Below are positions 29,980 through 39,171 of a DNA stretch of 64,000 nt, piece by piece; the first letter of the stretch is position 1, and each line of letters begins with the position of its first letter. Below the pieces are notes generated by a model that saw only the letters and a list, made by a program, of their open reading frames with translations, was not told where the DNA came from and did no database searches. The stretch is from a virus, in the IMG/VR virus record IMGVR_UViG_3300009177_000031, positions 24,310 to 88,309 of that record; one strand, written 5' to 3'. Position numbers and translations under genes: made by a program.

Positions 29980-32799
29980 ATGGCGACAGGCGATAAGACC
30001 ACAGCGACGCGACCGGTTGGTCAATCCAACATGCGGTTGGATCTGGTCGACTACGCCGCGATGGCGTTGGTCGGTCAGCTCGCAGTCGAAGCGGCGAACC
30101 GCTCGCTCGCAGCGACACCGAAGGCGACAGCTGGTGCAGCTGTCGGTGAGCGCTGGCTCGGAAGCATGACGGCGAATCCCACGACCGGTTCGGACGGCTT
30201 GTTTCGTCTCGACTCCACGACGTTCGTTGGTCTCGATGCGAACGGCGGCATGCTCATCAAGCCGAACGGTACCGCGCTCTCGATCACGATCCCAGCTGGT
30301 GGTGCGAGCCAACAGGTGTATGCGTACGTCAGCGACGTCTCCGAGAACACGCAGGTGCGTCGCTTCCTTCCTGCAACCGGCCCGTTCAACGAGTTCGCGA
30401 GCGCGATCAACGTGGCGCTTCGCCAAACGGTTGGGCTCTACGTGCGTGCAGGAACGCTCGGAAGCGTTGTGGCGCAGGATGCGGTTGCAGGCATCACGCG
30501 TCCGCTTCTGTTCCTCGGTATCGCAACGAACACCGGTGGTGTCGTCACGTTCACGCCTGGTACGAACACGCTCGAAACGGTGCGCACGCCTGCGAGCGTT
30601 CCGCAAACTGACAGCGGCACGACGACGGTCAAGACGACGGTTACCGGTTCGCAGAACACATTGCGCGAGCTGATCAACGCTGCGCTCTACGCAGTGGGCA
30701 ACGCGATGTTCAAGGGTAGTGACTTCATCACGCCTGCGGACGGCAACAATTGGGGTGCGTACAACGTCGCGTCGCTCTCTGGCGGTATCGACAAGACGTT
30801 CCGCCAAGCGCTCGGGTACGTCATCATCGGCAACGGCACGACGGTGTTTGGCGACTTCAACACGAACGCGTATGCAAACAGCAAGCTGTTGATGGATGCA
30901 GCGTTTGCGTCGCTCCCAGCACAAGGTGGCACGATCATCATCAAGCGTGGTGTGCAGCTCACCAATTGGGGTGGCGTCACGTGCAATGCGCCTACGGCGA
31001 AGACCGTCGTCATCATTGGCGACCACACGAACACGCCGAACAACTTCCCACAACTCAACTTCGCCACCGGTGAATCGATCACCGCAGGAAGCACCGGTGC
31101 ACTCATCTTCCAGAACGTGCACATCCGGTGGGTGCAGAACGCAATCATCGCTGCGGCAACTGGTGCAGGTTCGTACCTGAAGTTCGTCGATTGCTACATC
31201 GACAAGGCCGGTGCCGCGGACACAGGGGCCTTCATCACCGGTACGACGGTGAGCGACGTCCATTTCGAGCGCTGCAACGCGCTCGTGTCTGTCACGAGCG
31301 GTACCGCAAACGGCATGCTGATTCGCGCGACAAGCCAGTGTCAGCGTTGGGCGGTGAAGAAGTGCAACTTCACCGCTGGTAGCGCTGATATGGCGTGGTT
31401 TCAATTTGGCGACATGCGCGCCGATTTGGACTTCACCGATTTGACGTTTGCGGACTTCGGAACGCAAACCGGAGCTACCGCTGGTGTCGGTTGTTTTACG
31501 TGCGCTTCGTCTGACAACTCGACGGTGGCGAACATCGTCGGTCGGCGTTTCAGGAACATCTACAACACGACGTCGGTTCCGACGTTTTTCCTGTCGACCG
31601 CAGGCAATCTCGACATCTCGAACGTCGAGCAATTGAAAGCGTCGACGGTTGCGTTCAGCGCATCAGGCTACAGCGGTACAGGGCCAATCAAGGTGCGTCA
31701 CAGCAGGATCGTAGGCGTCACGCTCGCCGGCGCGTACCCTGACATCGCGTTCCAAGACGTCACGTTCTTCGGGACAGGTTCGACGCTTGGAAGTGTCACG
31801 AGCAACCAAGGCACGATTGAAATCACGCGTTGTCGTTTCATGCCGACGATCGCGGGGCGGCCGATTCTCGTTGGTGGTTTGACGATCAACGAGCTTCGTG
31901 TCGACAGCTGTTACTTCGAGGGCGTGTTTCACACGACGACGGACATCGCGTGCTTCGCGGTGCAAGCAAACACGAAGCTCACGAAGTGCGTGATCCAGAA
32001 CAACGAGGTGAACGGCTTCCAGAACATCGCGTGGGCTGGTGGCGCAAGCGTCTACTCGCGCTGCTTCGAGCTGGACGTCGTGACGGTCACGTCTGTCGTG
32101 TTCCAGAACAACACCGCTACGAACCTGATGAGCAGCTCGTCAGGAACGGCACGTGTTGGCGTGTACATGTTGGAGCTGAACTCGCACGATCGCGCAACGG
32201 TGGAATTGGGCATTGGTGGTTTGGTGTACCGCAACAACACGATCGGCGATGACGGCTCGCGATGCATGATGCTGATGGTGGCGAACTACGGATCCGTCAC
32301 CGACGTGTTCATCCAGAACAATCGGTGGGGTGGGACGTACGACAACGGTGCAGCGAACGCGTGTTCGCTTTCGCACATCATCAACTTCGCTTCACCTGGC
32401 TCTGGCACGCAAACGCTGTCGTTCGTCAAGGTCGAAGGCAACCACATGACGTTGCTTGCTGGCGCAGGCAACATGAACGCGATCGCAATCGACTTCGCTC
32501 GGTTCATGCAGTTCTTCTCGGTGTTGCCGATCTTCGCGCTGTCGATCTCGCACAACCACTTCGATTGCTCGTCCGGTAACCCGGCTGCATTTGATGCCGT
32601 CAACGGCTTCGGCGTCAACATGAGCTTCGCTGTTTGGAGTTTCGAGCTGTGGGGGAACACCGCCATCTATGGCGCGAGCACGGTGGTGAACTTCTTCCAG
32701 ATCAACATCGGAAGTGCAATCAGCTTCAACGCAAGCTCTGGCGCGTTGCCGACAGCCGGTTCGGTGTTCACAAGCAACATCCAGATCAAGCGTCACTAA
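29980..32799 (+). CDS. Tail spike/fibre with parallel beta-helix (putative depolymerase/receptor-binding protein)
   Basis: 939 aa; A...LPA.GG.I.I..G entry motif followed by repeated I..C.F / IQNN beta-helix rungs. Confidence 0.75.
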   Translation: MATGDKTTATRPVGQSNMRLDLVDYAAMALVGQLAVEAANRSLAATPKATAGAAVGERWLGSMTANPTTGSDGLFRLDSTTFVGLDANGGMLIKPNGTALSITIPAGGASQQVYAYVSDVSENTQVRRFLPATGPFNEFASAINVALRQTVGLYVRAGTLGSVVAQDAVAGITRPLLFLGIATNTGGVVTFTPGTNTLETVRTPASVPQTDSGTTTVKTTVTGSQNTLRELINAALYAVGNAMFKGSDFITPADGNNWGAYNVASLSGGIDKTFRQALGYVIIGNGTTVFGDFNTNAYANSKLLMDAAFASLPAQGGTIIIKRGVQLTNWGGVTCNAPTAKTVVIIGDHTNTPNNFPQLNFATGESITAGSTGALIFQNVHIRWVQNAIIAAATGAGSYLKFVDCYIDKAGAADTGAFITGTTVSDVHFERCNALVSVTSGTANGMLIRATSQCQRWAVKKCNFTAGSADMAWFQFGDMRADLDFTDLTFADFGTQTGATAGVGCFTCASSDNSTVANIVGRRFRNIYNTTSVPTFFLSTAGNLDISNVEQLKASTVAFSASGYSGTGPIKVRHSRIVGVTLAGAYPDIAFQDVTFFGTGSTLGSVTSNQGTIEITRCRFMPTIAGRPILVGGLTINELRVDSCYFEGVFHTTTDIACFAVQANTKLTKCVIQNNEVNGFQNIAWAGGASVYSRCFELDVVTVTSVVFQNNTATNLMSSSSGTARVGVYMLELNSHDRATVELGIGGLVYRNNTIGDDGSRCMMLMVANYGSVTDVFIQNNRWGGTYDNGAANACSLSHIINFASPGSGTQTLSFVKVEGNHMTLLAGAGNMNAIAIDFARFMQFFSVLPIFALSISHNHFDCSSGNPAAFDAVNGFGVNMSFAVWSFELWGNTAIYGASTVVNFFQINIGSAISFNASSGALPTAGSVFTSNIQIKRH

Positions 32800-32809
32800 G
32801 GAGGCGTTC

Positions 32810-33172
32810 GTGTCCGCTGCAATCCCAAAGGTCTCGTACGGACAAACCGTCACTCGCATCAAACAGGGCGACACGCTTCCGATCCTCACGTACACGACGC
32901 AGGACGAGAACCAGCAAATGGTTCCAATCACCGGCGCGACCGGCGTGCAGTTTCGCTACTGCTTGAAGGGCGCCGATCCGGCAACTGCAATCGTTCGTCA
33001 GGCGACGATCCTCGCAGCTGACCAAGGTCAATTGACGTACGCCTGGATTGCAGCCGACACGGCGCAGCCTGGCACTTACAACGGCGAATGGATCGTCGCC
33101 TTCCCAAATGGTGGACAGCAAACCTTCCCTGTGCGCGGCTATCAGCCGTTCGTTGTGGAAGCGAAACTCTGA
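32810..33172 (+). CDS. BppU-like baseplate upper/adaptor protein
   Basis: IKQGDT.P....G.L.Y.W...DT..PG.Y.GE....F..G...TFP; GTG after GGAGG. Confidence 0.7.
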   Translation: MSAAIPKVSYGQTVTRIKQGDTLPILTYTTQDENQQMVPITGATGVQFRYCLKGADPATAIVRQATILAADQGQLTYAWIAADTAQPGTYNGEWIVAFPNGGQQTFPVRGYQPFVVEAKL

Positions 33173-33189
33173 AGTGAAAGGAGACCACA

Positions 33190-33540
33190 ATGAGCGCTAG
33201 CGGCAAACTGATGTCATTCGGCGGTACGGCGACCACGACGGAGACGCGCGTTGCGTTTCCGCAGGCGTACCGTAGGGGCTACCCAAACGCGAACCCTGGT
33301 GCTGGTGTTCAGACGTATCCGACACCGCAAAAGCCACCTTCGTTCATGAAAAACCTGCGCATCCGGTGCACCGATGCGACGAACGATTTGCTCATCCGCA
33401 TCAACGGCGGTTCGCAAATCACGGTGAAGCACACCGATGCGCAGCCGTTCCAGTTCGATCCTGGTGAGGTTCACGATCTCACCGTGCAATCGAGTGCGGC
33501 GACGGCTGCGTGGGAAGCTGTCGGCGTCGTGTCGGCATAA
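33190..33540 (+). CDS. Hypothetical structural protein
   Basis: AAGGAG RBS, 116 aa. Confidence 0.65.
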   Translation: MSASGKLMSFGGTATTTETRVAFPQAYRRGYPNANPGAGVQTYPTPQKPPSFMKNLRIRCTDATNDLLIRINGGSQITVKHTDAQPFQFDPGEVHDLTVQSSAATAAWEAVGVVSA

Positions 33541-33552
33541 ACGGAGGCGACG

Positions 33553-33990
33553 ATGAACCCTGTCGTAACGCTTGCGCAAGCGGCGCCCATCGAGAAGTCG
33601 GGCACCGATTACATGGTGCAGTACGGCGTCGTTGGCATCATGTGCGTGGTGTTCGCGTACATCATCTTCTACCTCTACCGCGAGAACCGAGCTGACCGAC
33701 GCGAAGCAGCTGCAAACGAGAAGAACCATGCCGCCGAGCTGATGGCGTGCAAGGAGCAGTGCAAGACGGAGAAGGAAGCGCTGGAGAAGCTGTTCGAGAA
33801 ACGCAATCGCGAGATCCTCGAAGGCTACACGCAACAGCTCATCGTGATCCGTCAGTCGTGCGAGAAGCGCGAGGACGACATCCGGCGCGAGTTCAACGCG
33901 CTCGCAGAGAAGCTCGCCAACGGCAACAAGGAATCCAGCGAGGCGTTGGTCGAGATGCTTCAGCAGTTTCTCAACAAGGTGGTCAAGTGA
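33553..33990 (+). CDS. Single-TM coiled-coil protein (holin-like candidate)
   Basis: Hydrophobic YGVVGIMCVVFAYIIFYLY followed by a coiled coil. Confidence 0.5.
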   Translation: MNPVVTLAQAAPIEKSGTDYMVQYGVVGIMCVVFAYIIFYLYRENRADRREAAANEKNHAAELMACKEQCKTEKEALEKLFEKRNREILEGYTQQLIVIRQSCEKREDDIRREFNALAEKLANGNKESSEALVEMLQQFLNKVVK

Positions 33991-34001
33991 AAGGAGCTTC
34001 C

Positions 34002-34244
34002 ATGGCGCTCTCGCAGAACGCAAAGGATGCTGTGCAGGAAGCTACGGCTTCATGTGAGCGCGTTGCTGAACGTGCTCGCACGATCACCGCCGCAATTGCA
34101 AATCGACCTACGCGTGCTCGAACGAATCCGTTCATCAAGATCGAGGACAGCGAGTTCGAGCAAGAGGATAGCATGGTGATGTCGATCGAGAAGGTCATCA
34201 GCACGCAAAGCAACGCGGCGATCGAAGTGCAAAAGGACGAGTAA
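34002..34244 (+). CDS. Hypothetical protein
   Basis: AAGGAG RBS before ATG 34002. Confidence 0.6.
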   Translation: MALSQNAKDAVQEATASCERVAERARTITAAIANRPTRARTNPFIKIEDSEFEQEDSMVMSIEKVISTQSNAAIEVQKDE

Positions 34245-34245
34245 C

Positions 34246-34674
34246 GTGGGAACAACCGGTGCGTACAACGTGGCGAAGTTTCAGCTCGCCACGAAGCAGC
34301 TCGATCTGTCGTCAGCCGACTTGCGCGTGCTGTTGGTCGCGAGCGGCTACGTGTTCAACCCTGACCATCGTGTGGTCTCCGACATCACGTCCGAGCTGAG
34401 CGGCACCGGGTACCTTCGTCAGCAATTGCAAACCATCAGCGTCGTTGAAGACGACGTGAACAACGTCGTGACGTTCGATGCAGCTGACATGTTGTGGGCA
34501 GGTGCAAATTTCACCGGCGGTGCTGTCGATGCAGCGATCATCTACATCGAAAGCTCGAACACCGATTCGCTGCGACAGCTCGTTTGCAGCGTCAACCTGA
34601 ATCCAAAGATCACAACGGCTGGCTCAAACTACACGGTCTCGTGGGGTGCAAACGGCATCCTTCGCTTGTCCTGA
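34246..34674 (+). CDS. Tail-fibre-associated structural protein
   Basis: L...L.....F..DH....D...E..GTGY...L......FDAAD..W pattern common in phage fibre modules. Confidence 0.65.
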   Translation: MGTTGAYNVAKFQLATKQLDLSSADLRVLLVASGYVFNPDHRVVSDITSELSGTGYLRQQLQTISVVEDDVNNVVTFDAADMLWAGANFTGGAVDAAIIYIESSNTDSLRQLVCSVNLNPKITTAGSNYTVSWGANGILRLS

Positions 34675-34686
34675 AGGAGCAATCGC

Positions 34687-35001
34687 ATGCAGTGGAACGT
34701 TCGTGAAGACGGACCCTACGTCGTCATCCCTGGTGGTAGGGAGGTTCTGATCACTGAAGCCGTGCCGTTCATAGCGGCAGATGGTTCGCTCGTCATTCGC
34801 ATTCCAGCGCGTGATGTGAACGTCATCACGCCGATCGTTCCAGAGCTGCACTACGACATGACGGACGTGGTGCGTTTGGTGATCGCAGTGGTCAGGGGTG
34901 GGCTCACGATCGCTCAAATCTCTGCGGTTCGTCCAAATGTCGCAACCGCAGTGCAAACGTTCATGACCAACCACGGTCTCGTCGCAGGATCAGCACCATG
35001 A
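34687..35001 (+). CDS. Hypothetical protein
   Basis: AAGGAG RBS. Confidence 0.6.
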   Translation: MQWNVREDGPYVVIPGGREVLITEAVPFIAADGSLVIRIPARDVNVITPIVPELHYDMTDVVRLVIAVVRGGLTIAQISAVRPNVATAVQTFMTNHGLVAGSAP

Positions 35002-36728
35002 CGGCAATCAAAGACGCAATCGATCTCATCACGCAGAAGTCAAACGGTCTCGTCACGACGGCGGATCAAATCGCGTCGTTGATGACGGATGGTGGCGCTG
35101 TTGCGATGGAGACGATCTACTCGCACAAGGAGCCGCGTGTTGCAGGCGCTGCGGCTTCAGCCGCGATCATCGGTCAGCCACTCTCGATGTGGCAGTTCGA
35201 GGGAACACCTCTGACTCACGGGGCGGTGCCGACGGTTTGGGCAAACCCAACGCGTGCAACGCTTGGTGGTTTTCAGCAAGCGAATCCTGGTGGCGGTCGT
35301 ACGAAGCTGATGCTCTCGCTGATCGCCGGTTGTCAGAACGGTGGCTACCTGATCATCGGTGATCGTTTGGGCCACATGGGCGGTCTCGATGGCACACTTA
35401 CCACTGCGCAAAACGTCAACGGTGGTTCGCCTGGCGCACCCACGCGCAACACAGGTGGTGTTGGCAATCTGTTGCTGATCGAAATCTACACAGCGGTTGG
35501 CGCTACAGCTACCACGATCACCGCAAACTACACGAACGATCAAGGAACCGCAGGTCAGGTGACGCAACCGATCGTGTTTGGTGGCGCCAGTCGTCAGGAA
35601 GCACAACGCGTGATGGTGATGTCGCTCGCCGCAGGCGACAAGGGTGTTCGCTCGGTCACGAGCGTCACGGTGCTCGCGACGACAGGCACCGCAGGTAACT
35701 TCGGCGTGACGCTGTTCCGACCGCTGATGTGCATTCCGTTTGCGAGCGCGACAGGCTGCGGTCACATCATCAACGCGCTCAATCACGCGATGTCGGTGCT
35801 GGACACGGATGCGTGCCTCAGCATGATCTTCGTTCCCACGGTAGCGGCATTGCCGATTACCGACATCGTCATGAACAACGTCGAAGTCGCTGGTACGCCA
35901 GGCACGACGACGGAGACGATTCACCAGTGGAAGGAGCTGCGCCTCGGTGGTGCTGCATACGCCACCGCATCGATGGCTGGTAAAGAGCTGTCGATGTGGC
36001 AAGCAGAAGGTTCGCCGAGCCATGGCGCAGCTCCGGGTGCATTTGCAAATCCGACCAACGCAACGGCCGGAAGCTTGATGCAAACCGATCCGGCTGGTGG
36101 CAAACAGAAGTGGCTCACGTCGCTGATGTTCCCTGGCGGCTACATCGGCTCATCGTGGATGTTGATGGATCGTCTGATGCACGCTGGTGGCTTCAGCGGT
36201 ATCGTCACGACAGCGCAAAACCTCAACGGTGGTTCGCCAGCGACGTTGACGCGGCACTATGCAGACAGTACCGGCGCTCTAGATGTCGGCAACCAGATCT
36301 TCATCGAGATCAACGCTGCGCTTGGTGCAACCGGAACAACGGTGACTGCGGTGTACGCAAACGAGAACGGCGTTTCGCACACGACGCAAGCTGTTACGAT
36401 TGGCGGCACCAGCTTCTTCAATCCAGGGCGTTGGATCCAACTACCGCTTGCCGCAGGCGACAGGGGCGTGCAGTCGGTGACAAGCGTAACGCTTGCAGGA
36501 ACCACAGGAACCGCAGGCGCGTTTAGCGTCGTGGTTGTTCACCCTCTGCTTCACCTTCCGGTTTCGCAAATGCAACCTGACTCGTGGCAAGGCGCAATCG
36601 ACACGCCTGGCAACATCGAGATCAAAACAGGTGCGTGTTTGTTTTGGTCGTGTTTGCAATCCGCAGGTGCGACGTCAGCTCTGCTCCCAGCACTACCGCT
36701 GGTTCAATTCTCCTTCGTGGATAAGTGA
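34998..36728 (+). CDS. Virion protein with two tandem ~280-aa paralogous domains
   Basis: Two copies of LSMWQ.EG.P.HGA.P...ANPT.AT.G, DRL.H.GG..G..TTAQ and LAAGD.GV.SV.SVT...TTGTAG. Confidence 0.8.
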   Translation: MTAIKDAIDLITQKSNGLVTTADQIASLMTDGGAVAMETIYSHKEPRVAGAAASAAIIGQPLSMWQFEGTPLTHGAVPTVWANPTRATLGGFQQANPGGGRTKLMLSLIAGCQNGGYLIIGDRLGHMGGLDGTLTTAQNVNGGSPGAPTRNTGGVGNLLLIEIYTAVGATATTITANYTNDQGTAGQVTQPIVFGGASRQEAQRVMVMSLAAGDKGVRSVTSVTVLATTGTAGNFGVTLFRPLMCIPFASATGCGHIINALNHAMSVLDTDACLSMIFVPTVAALPITDIVMNNVEVAGTPGTTTETIHQWKELRLGGAAYATASMAGKELSMWQAEGSPSHGAAPGAFANPTNATAGSLMQTDPAGGKQKWLTSLMFPGGYIGSSWMLMDRLMHAGGFSGIVTTAQNLNGGSPATLTRHYADSTGALDVGNQIFIEINAALGATGTTVTAVYANENGVSHTTQAVTIGGTSFFNPGRWIQLPLAAGDRGVQSVTSVTLAGTTGTAGAFSVVVVHPLLHLPVSQMQPDSWQGAIDTPGNIEIKTGACLFWSCLQSAGATSALLPALPLVQFSFVDK

Positions 36729-37384
36729 GGCGCCGATGTCTGTCTCAACCTACGCTGCGTTGCTGAACAAGCTTTTGAACCCTACGCAAGAGATCAAAGC
36801 GATTGCAGCTGCGACATCGCCAGCGCAGAGCACGCAAACGTGTCCGCTCGTCAGCGAGTGGATCACAGCTGGTCGCGGTCCTACGGTTGGTGTTGCGCCA
36901 GGTGCAGCTGCGATTCCAACAAATGCGACAGCTGGTGCGCTCGGTCAATCGAACAAGGCTGGTACCGAGCAACGCGCGTGGTTGAAGCGTTTCGACATCT
37001 CGTACGGTCAGAACACACCGGGCGTCGGTATGTTCTTGCTGGTCGATCGACTCGCTCACATGAGCGGTTTGAGCGGCATCGTTACGACTGCGCAAACGGT
37101 CGGCTTCCCTGCGCTGACGCGTTTTACGAGCGGTGCAGGCGTTTGGGCTGCAATCGAGTTCTACGTGGCGGTTGGCGCAACCGGTACGACGTTGACGATG
37201 TCGTACACCAACACGGTACCGACGGCTGGTCAGACATCGCAGCCGATTGCGTTTGGAGGCACCGGTCTGAACAACATCCGTCGCATTCTTCCGATCTCGC
37301 TCGCGAGCGGCGACACTGGCGTAACTGCGGTGGCGTCAGTGACGGTGCTCGCGACGACAGGCACCGCAGGTAACTTCGGCGTGA
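35667..37384 (+). repeat. 43-bp perfect direct repeat (35667-35709 and 37342-37384)
   Basis: ACGGTGCTCGCGACGACAGGCACCGCAGGTAACTTCGGCGTGA is identical in two paralogs. Confidence 0.9.
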
Positions 37385-37572
37385 ACCTGTTCAAGACGCT
37401 CGCTGCATGGCCTGCGGTCAGCGCGATTCCGTACTTGATGAGCGGACAGCCGTTGCCTTACTTCGGCATGATGCCGGCGATTCCTGACAACGCGTGTTTG
37501 CAATTCCTCTACATCGGCGGTTCCGGTTTGGGCAACACGAACGTCCAAGTCGTGGACTTCTTCGAGGACTAA
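36736..37572 (+). CDS. Third paralog of the same domain
   Basis: PTNAT.G, DRLAHMSGLSGIVTTAQ, LASGDTGV..V.SVTVLATTGTAGNFGV. Confidence 0.8.
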   Translation: MSVSTYAALLNKLLNPTQEIKAIAAATSPAQSTQTCPLVSEWITAGRGPTVGVAPGAAAIPTNATAGALGQSNKAGTEQRAWLKRFDISYGQNTPGVGMFLLVDRLAHMSGLSGIVTTAQTVGFPALTRFTSGAGVWAAIEFYVAVGATGTTLTMSYTNTVPTAGQTSQPIAFGGTGLNNIRRILPISLASGDTGVTAVASVTVLATTGTAGNFGVNLFKTLAAWPAVSAIPYLMSGQPLPYFGMMPAIPDNACLQFLYIGGSGLGNTNVQVVDFFED

Positions 37573-37575
37573 CCA

Positions 37576-37956
37576 ATGCTATTCGGCGGACACAACGCGA
37601 CACCTCTGTTTCTGGACGGCTACGCTCAGAACTTTGGCGTCTTTCCGCTCATCGCAAGCTCCACGATCACCGGGACCGTGTTGATTGGAGGCGAGCCTCT
37701 GGCTGACGGCGCCACGATCAACATCTACAGCGATGTCGGTGGGCTTATCACGTCAACGACGACGACAGGCGGCGCTGGTGGTTTCTCGGTGAACGTTCCT
37801 GACGTCAACACCGTTTACTTCGCGAGCTACACCGACGGTTCAACGATCGCAGCTCGAAGCCTCGGTCACACGGCTACGGCGTCTCTCGTTTACAACATCA
37901 CCACAAACCGTGCAGCCTCGCCGCTAGGCTCGTTGGTGGTTAGGAGCAACGTATGA
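37576..37956 (+). CDS. Small Ig/prealbumin-like structural protein
   Basis: ITGTV...G.PL..ATI..Y......TTT...G.FS pattern. Confidence 0.55.
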   Translation: MLFGGHNATPLFLDGYAQNFGVFPLIASSTITGTVLIGGEPLADGATINIYSDVGGLITSTTTTGGAGGFSVNVPDVNTVYFASYTDGSTIAARSLGHTATASLVYNITTNRAASPLGSLVVRSNV

Positions 37957-38489
37957 TGGGATACGCCGCACTCGGCGAAACACGCCGTTTGCTGTTCTCG
38001 ACGCAGAATGCGACTGGTGCAGCGACAAACGCCGACAGCTTGCCGACGGTCTCGGTCTACCAGCAAGGCACACTGATCGGTGCAGGTTCGCCAGTCGTGA
38101 CGAACAAAGCGACCGGTTTGTACGAGGTGGCGATCGTGCTCACCACGGCGAACGGCTTCGCTGTCGGCAAGGAGTACAGCGTCGCAGCAAACGCAACGGT
38201 CAACACCGTTGCAGGCGTCATCCCTGTCGCAAACTTCGTGATCGATCCGCAGATCGTTCGTGGTCTCACTTCTGGTTCACCTACCACGACGATCATTCCG
38301 ACGAACATCACGGTTGCGTCCGCGGACTACTACAAAGATGCGTGGCTGCTTCTCGAAGACGGTGCGCTCGCAGGTCAAGTGAAGCGCATCGGAGCGATGA
38401 CGGTTGGCGGTCAAATCACGTTGGCTGCAAGCTACGCGTTCAGCCTGGCGCCTGCGGCTGGCGTCAATTGCCGCATCATCAACCGGTGA
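37953..38489 (+). CDS. Putative structural protein
   Basis: ADSLP.V.VY, TGLY, DYY....L...GAL.GQ...I. Confidence 0.6.
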   Translation: MMGYAALGETRRLLFSTQNATGAATNADSLPTVSVYQQGTLIGAGSPVVTNKATGLYEVAIVLTTANGFAVGKEYSVAANATVNTVAGVIPVANFVIDPQIVRGLTSGSPTTTIIPTNITVASADYYKDAWLLLEDGALAGQVKRIGAMTVGGQITLAASYAFSLAPAAGVNCRIINR

Positions 38490-38492
38490 AGC

Positions 38493-38717
38493 TTGTCGCT
38501 GCGTCGCACATCAGCGTTCGTCATCCTCACGTCAGACGACGTGTTTGTGCCGCCATCTGGCGATGTCGTTGTGGCGGATACGGCGATGATCCTGGTGAGC
38601 GTGCAAGACGCGTCTGCATCGCAGGTTGTTTTGCCGCGTCCAACGCAGGTCATCACCGGTGACATCCGGGTGCTCGGCGAGATTCAGGGCCGCATCACCG
38701 TGGTTGGAGGTTCGTAA
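38493..38717 (+). CDS. Hypothetical protein
   Basis: 74 aa ORF filling the gap; TAATG coupling to the next gene. Confidence 0.45.
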   Translation: MSLRRTSAFVILTSDDVFVPPSGDVVVADTAMILVSVQDASASQVVLPRPTQVITGDIRVLGEIQGRITVVGGS

Positions 38718-39052
38718 TGGCATCGTCCGTCATCGTTGGAACGCGTGCGCGGTTGCAGATGACGTTCAAGCGCGACATCGGTGACGGCAACGGTCCGCAG
38801 CCGTTCGATCCGCAGGTCATCCTGTTCACGTCTACGTTCACGCCTGGTTCTGTTGGCCTACCTCAAACTAAGGAAGCTCTACAGTACGGTGTGGATGCAG
38901 ACGTTGTTCGACTCTCACAGGGCATCTACTACGTGCAACGGTTGTTGGACACGATCGGCACGCTCAAGTTCACGTATCGGTCAACGGCGTGGGGTGAGGA
39001 ACTGAACATGGAAGAGATCTGCAAGGTGGCTGCACGCTCGGTCATCGAGTAG
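38717..39052 (+). CDS. Putative structural protein (last gene of the virion module)
   Basis: 111 aa, GGAGG RBS. Confidence 0.6.
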   Translation: MASSVIVGTRARLQMTFKRDIGDGNGPQPFDPQVILFTSTFTPGSVGLPQTKEALQYGVDADVVRLSQGIYYVQRLLDTIGTLKFTYRSTAWGEELNMEEICKVAARSVIE

Positions 39053-39087
39053 AGCGAGTTCTTCGACGAGAACCTACGCTCGAACCT

Positions 39088-39137
39088 GGTGCAGATCTCG
39101 GTGCAGATCTCCAAGTGTCAGAGGCGTGTCGTAAGAC
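39088..39137 (+). promoter_or_regulatory. Upstream motif copy 1: (GGTGCAGATCTC)x2 + TGTCAGAGGCGTGTCGTA
   Basis: Intergenic, before the replication operon; shared with 57690-57751. Confidence 0.6.
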
Positions 39138-39171
39138 CATGCGCGCGATGTAGTGTCACGAGCTGAGCGAG

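Noticed and set aside
35667-37384. 43-bp repeat as a diversity-generating retroelement TR/VR pair
   Set aside because: No adenine-specific mismatches, both copies are coding, and no reverse transcriptase is in the window
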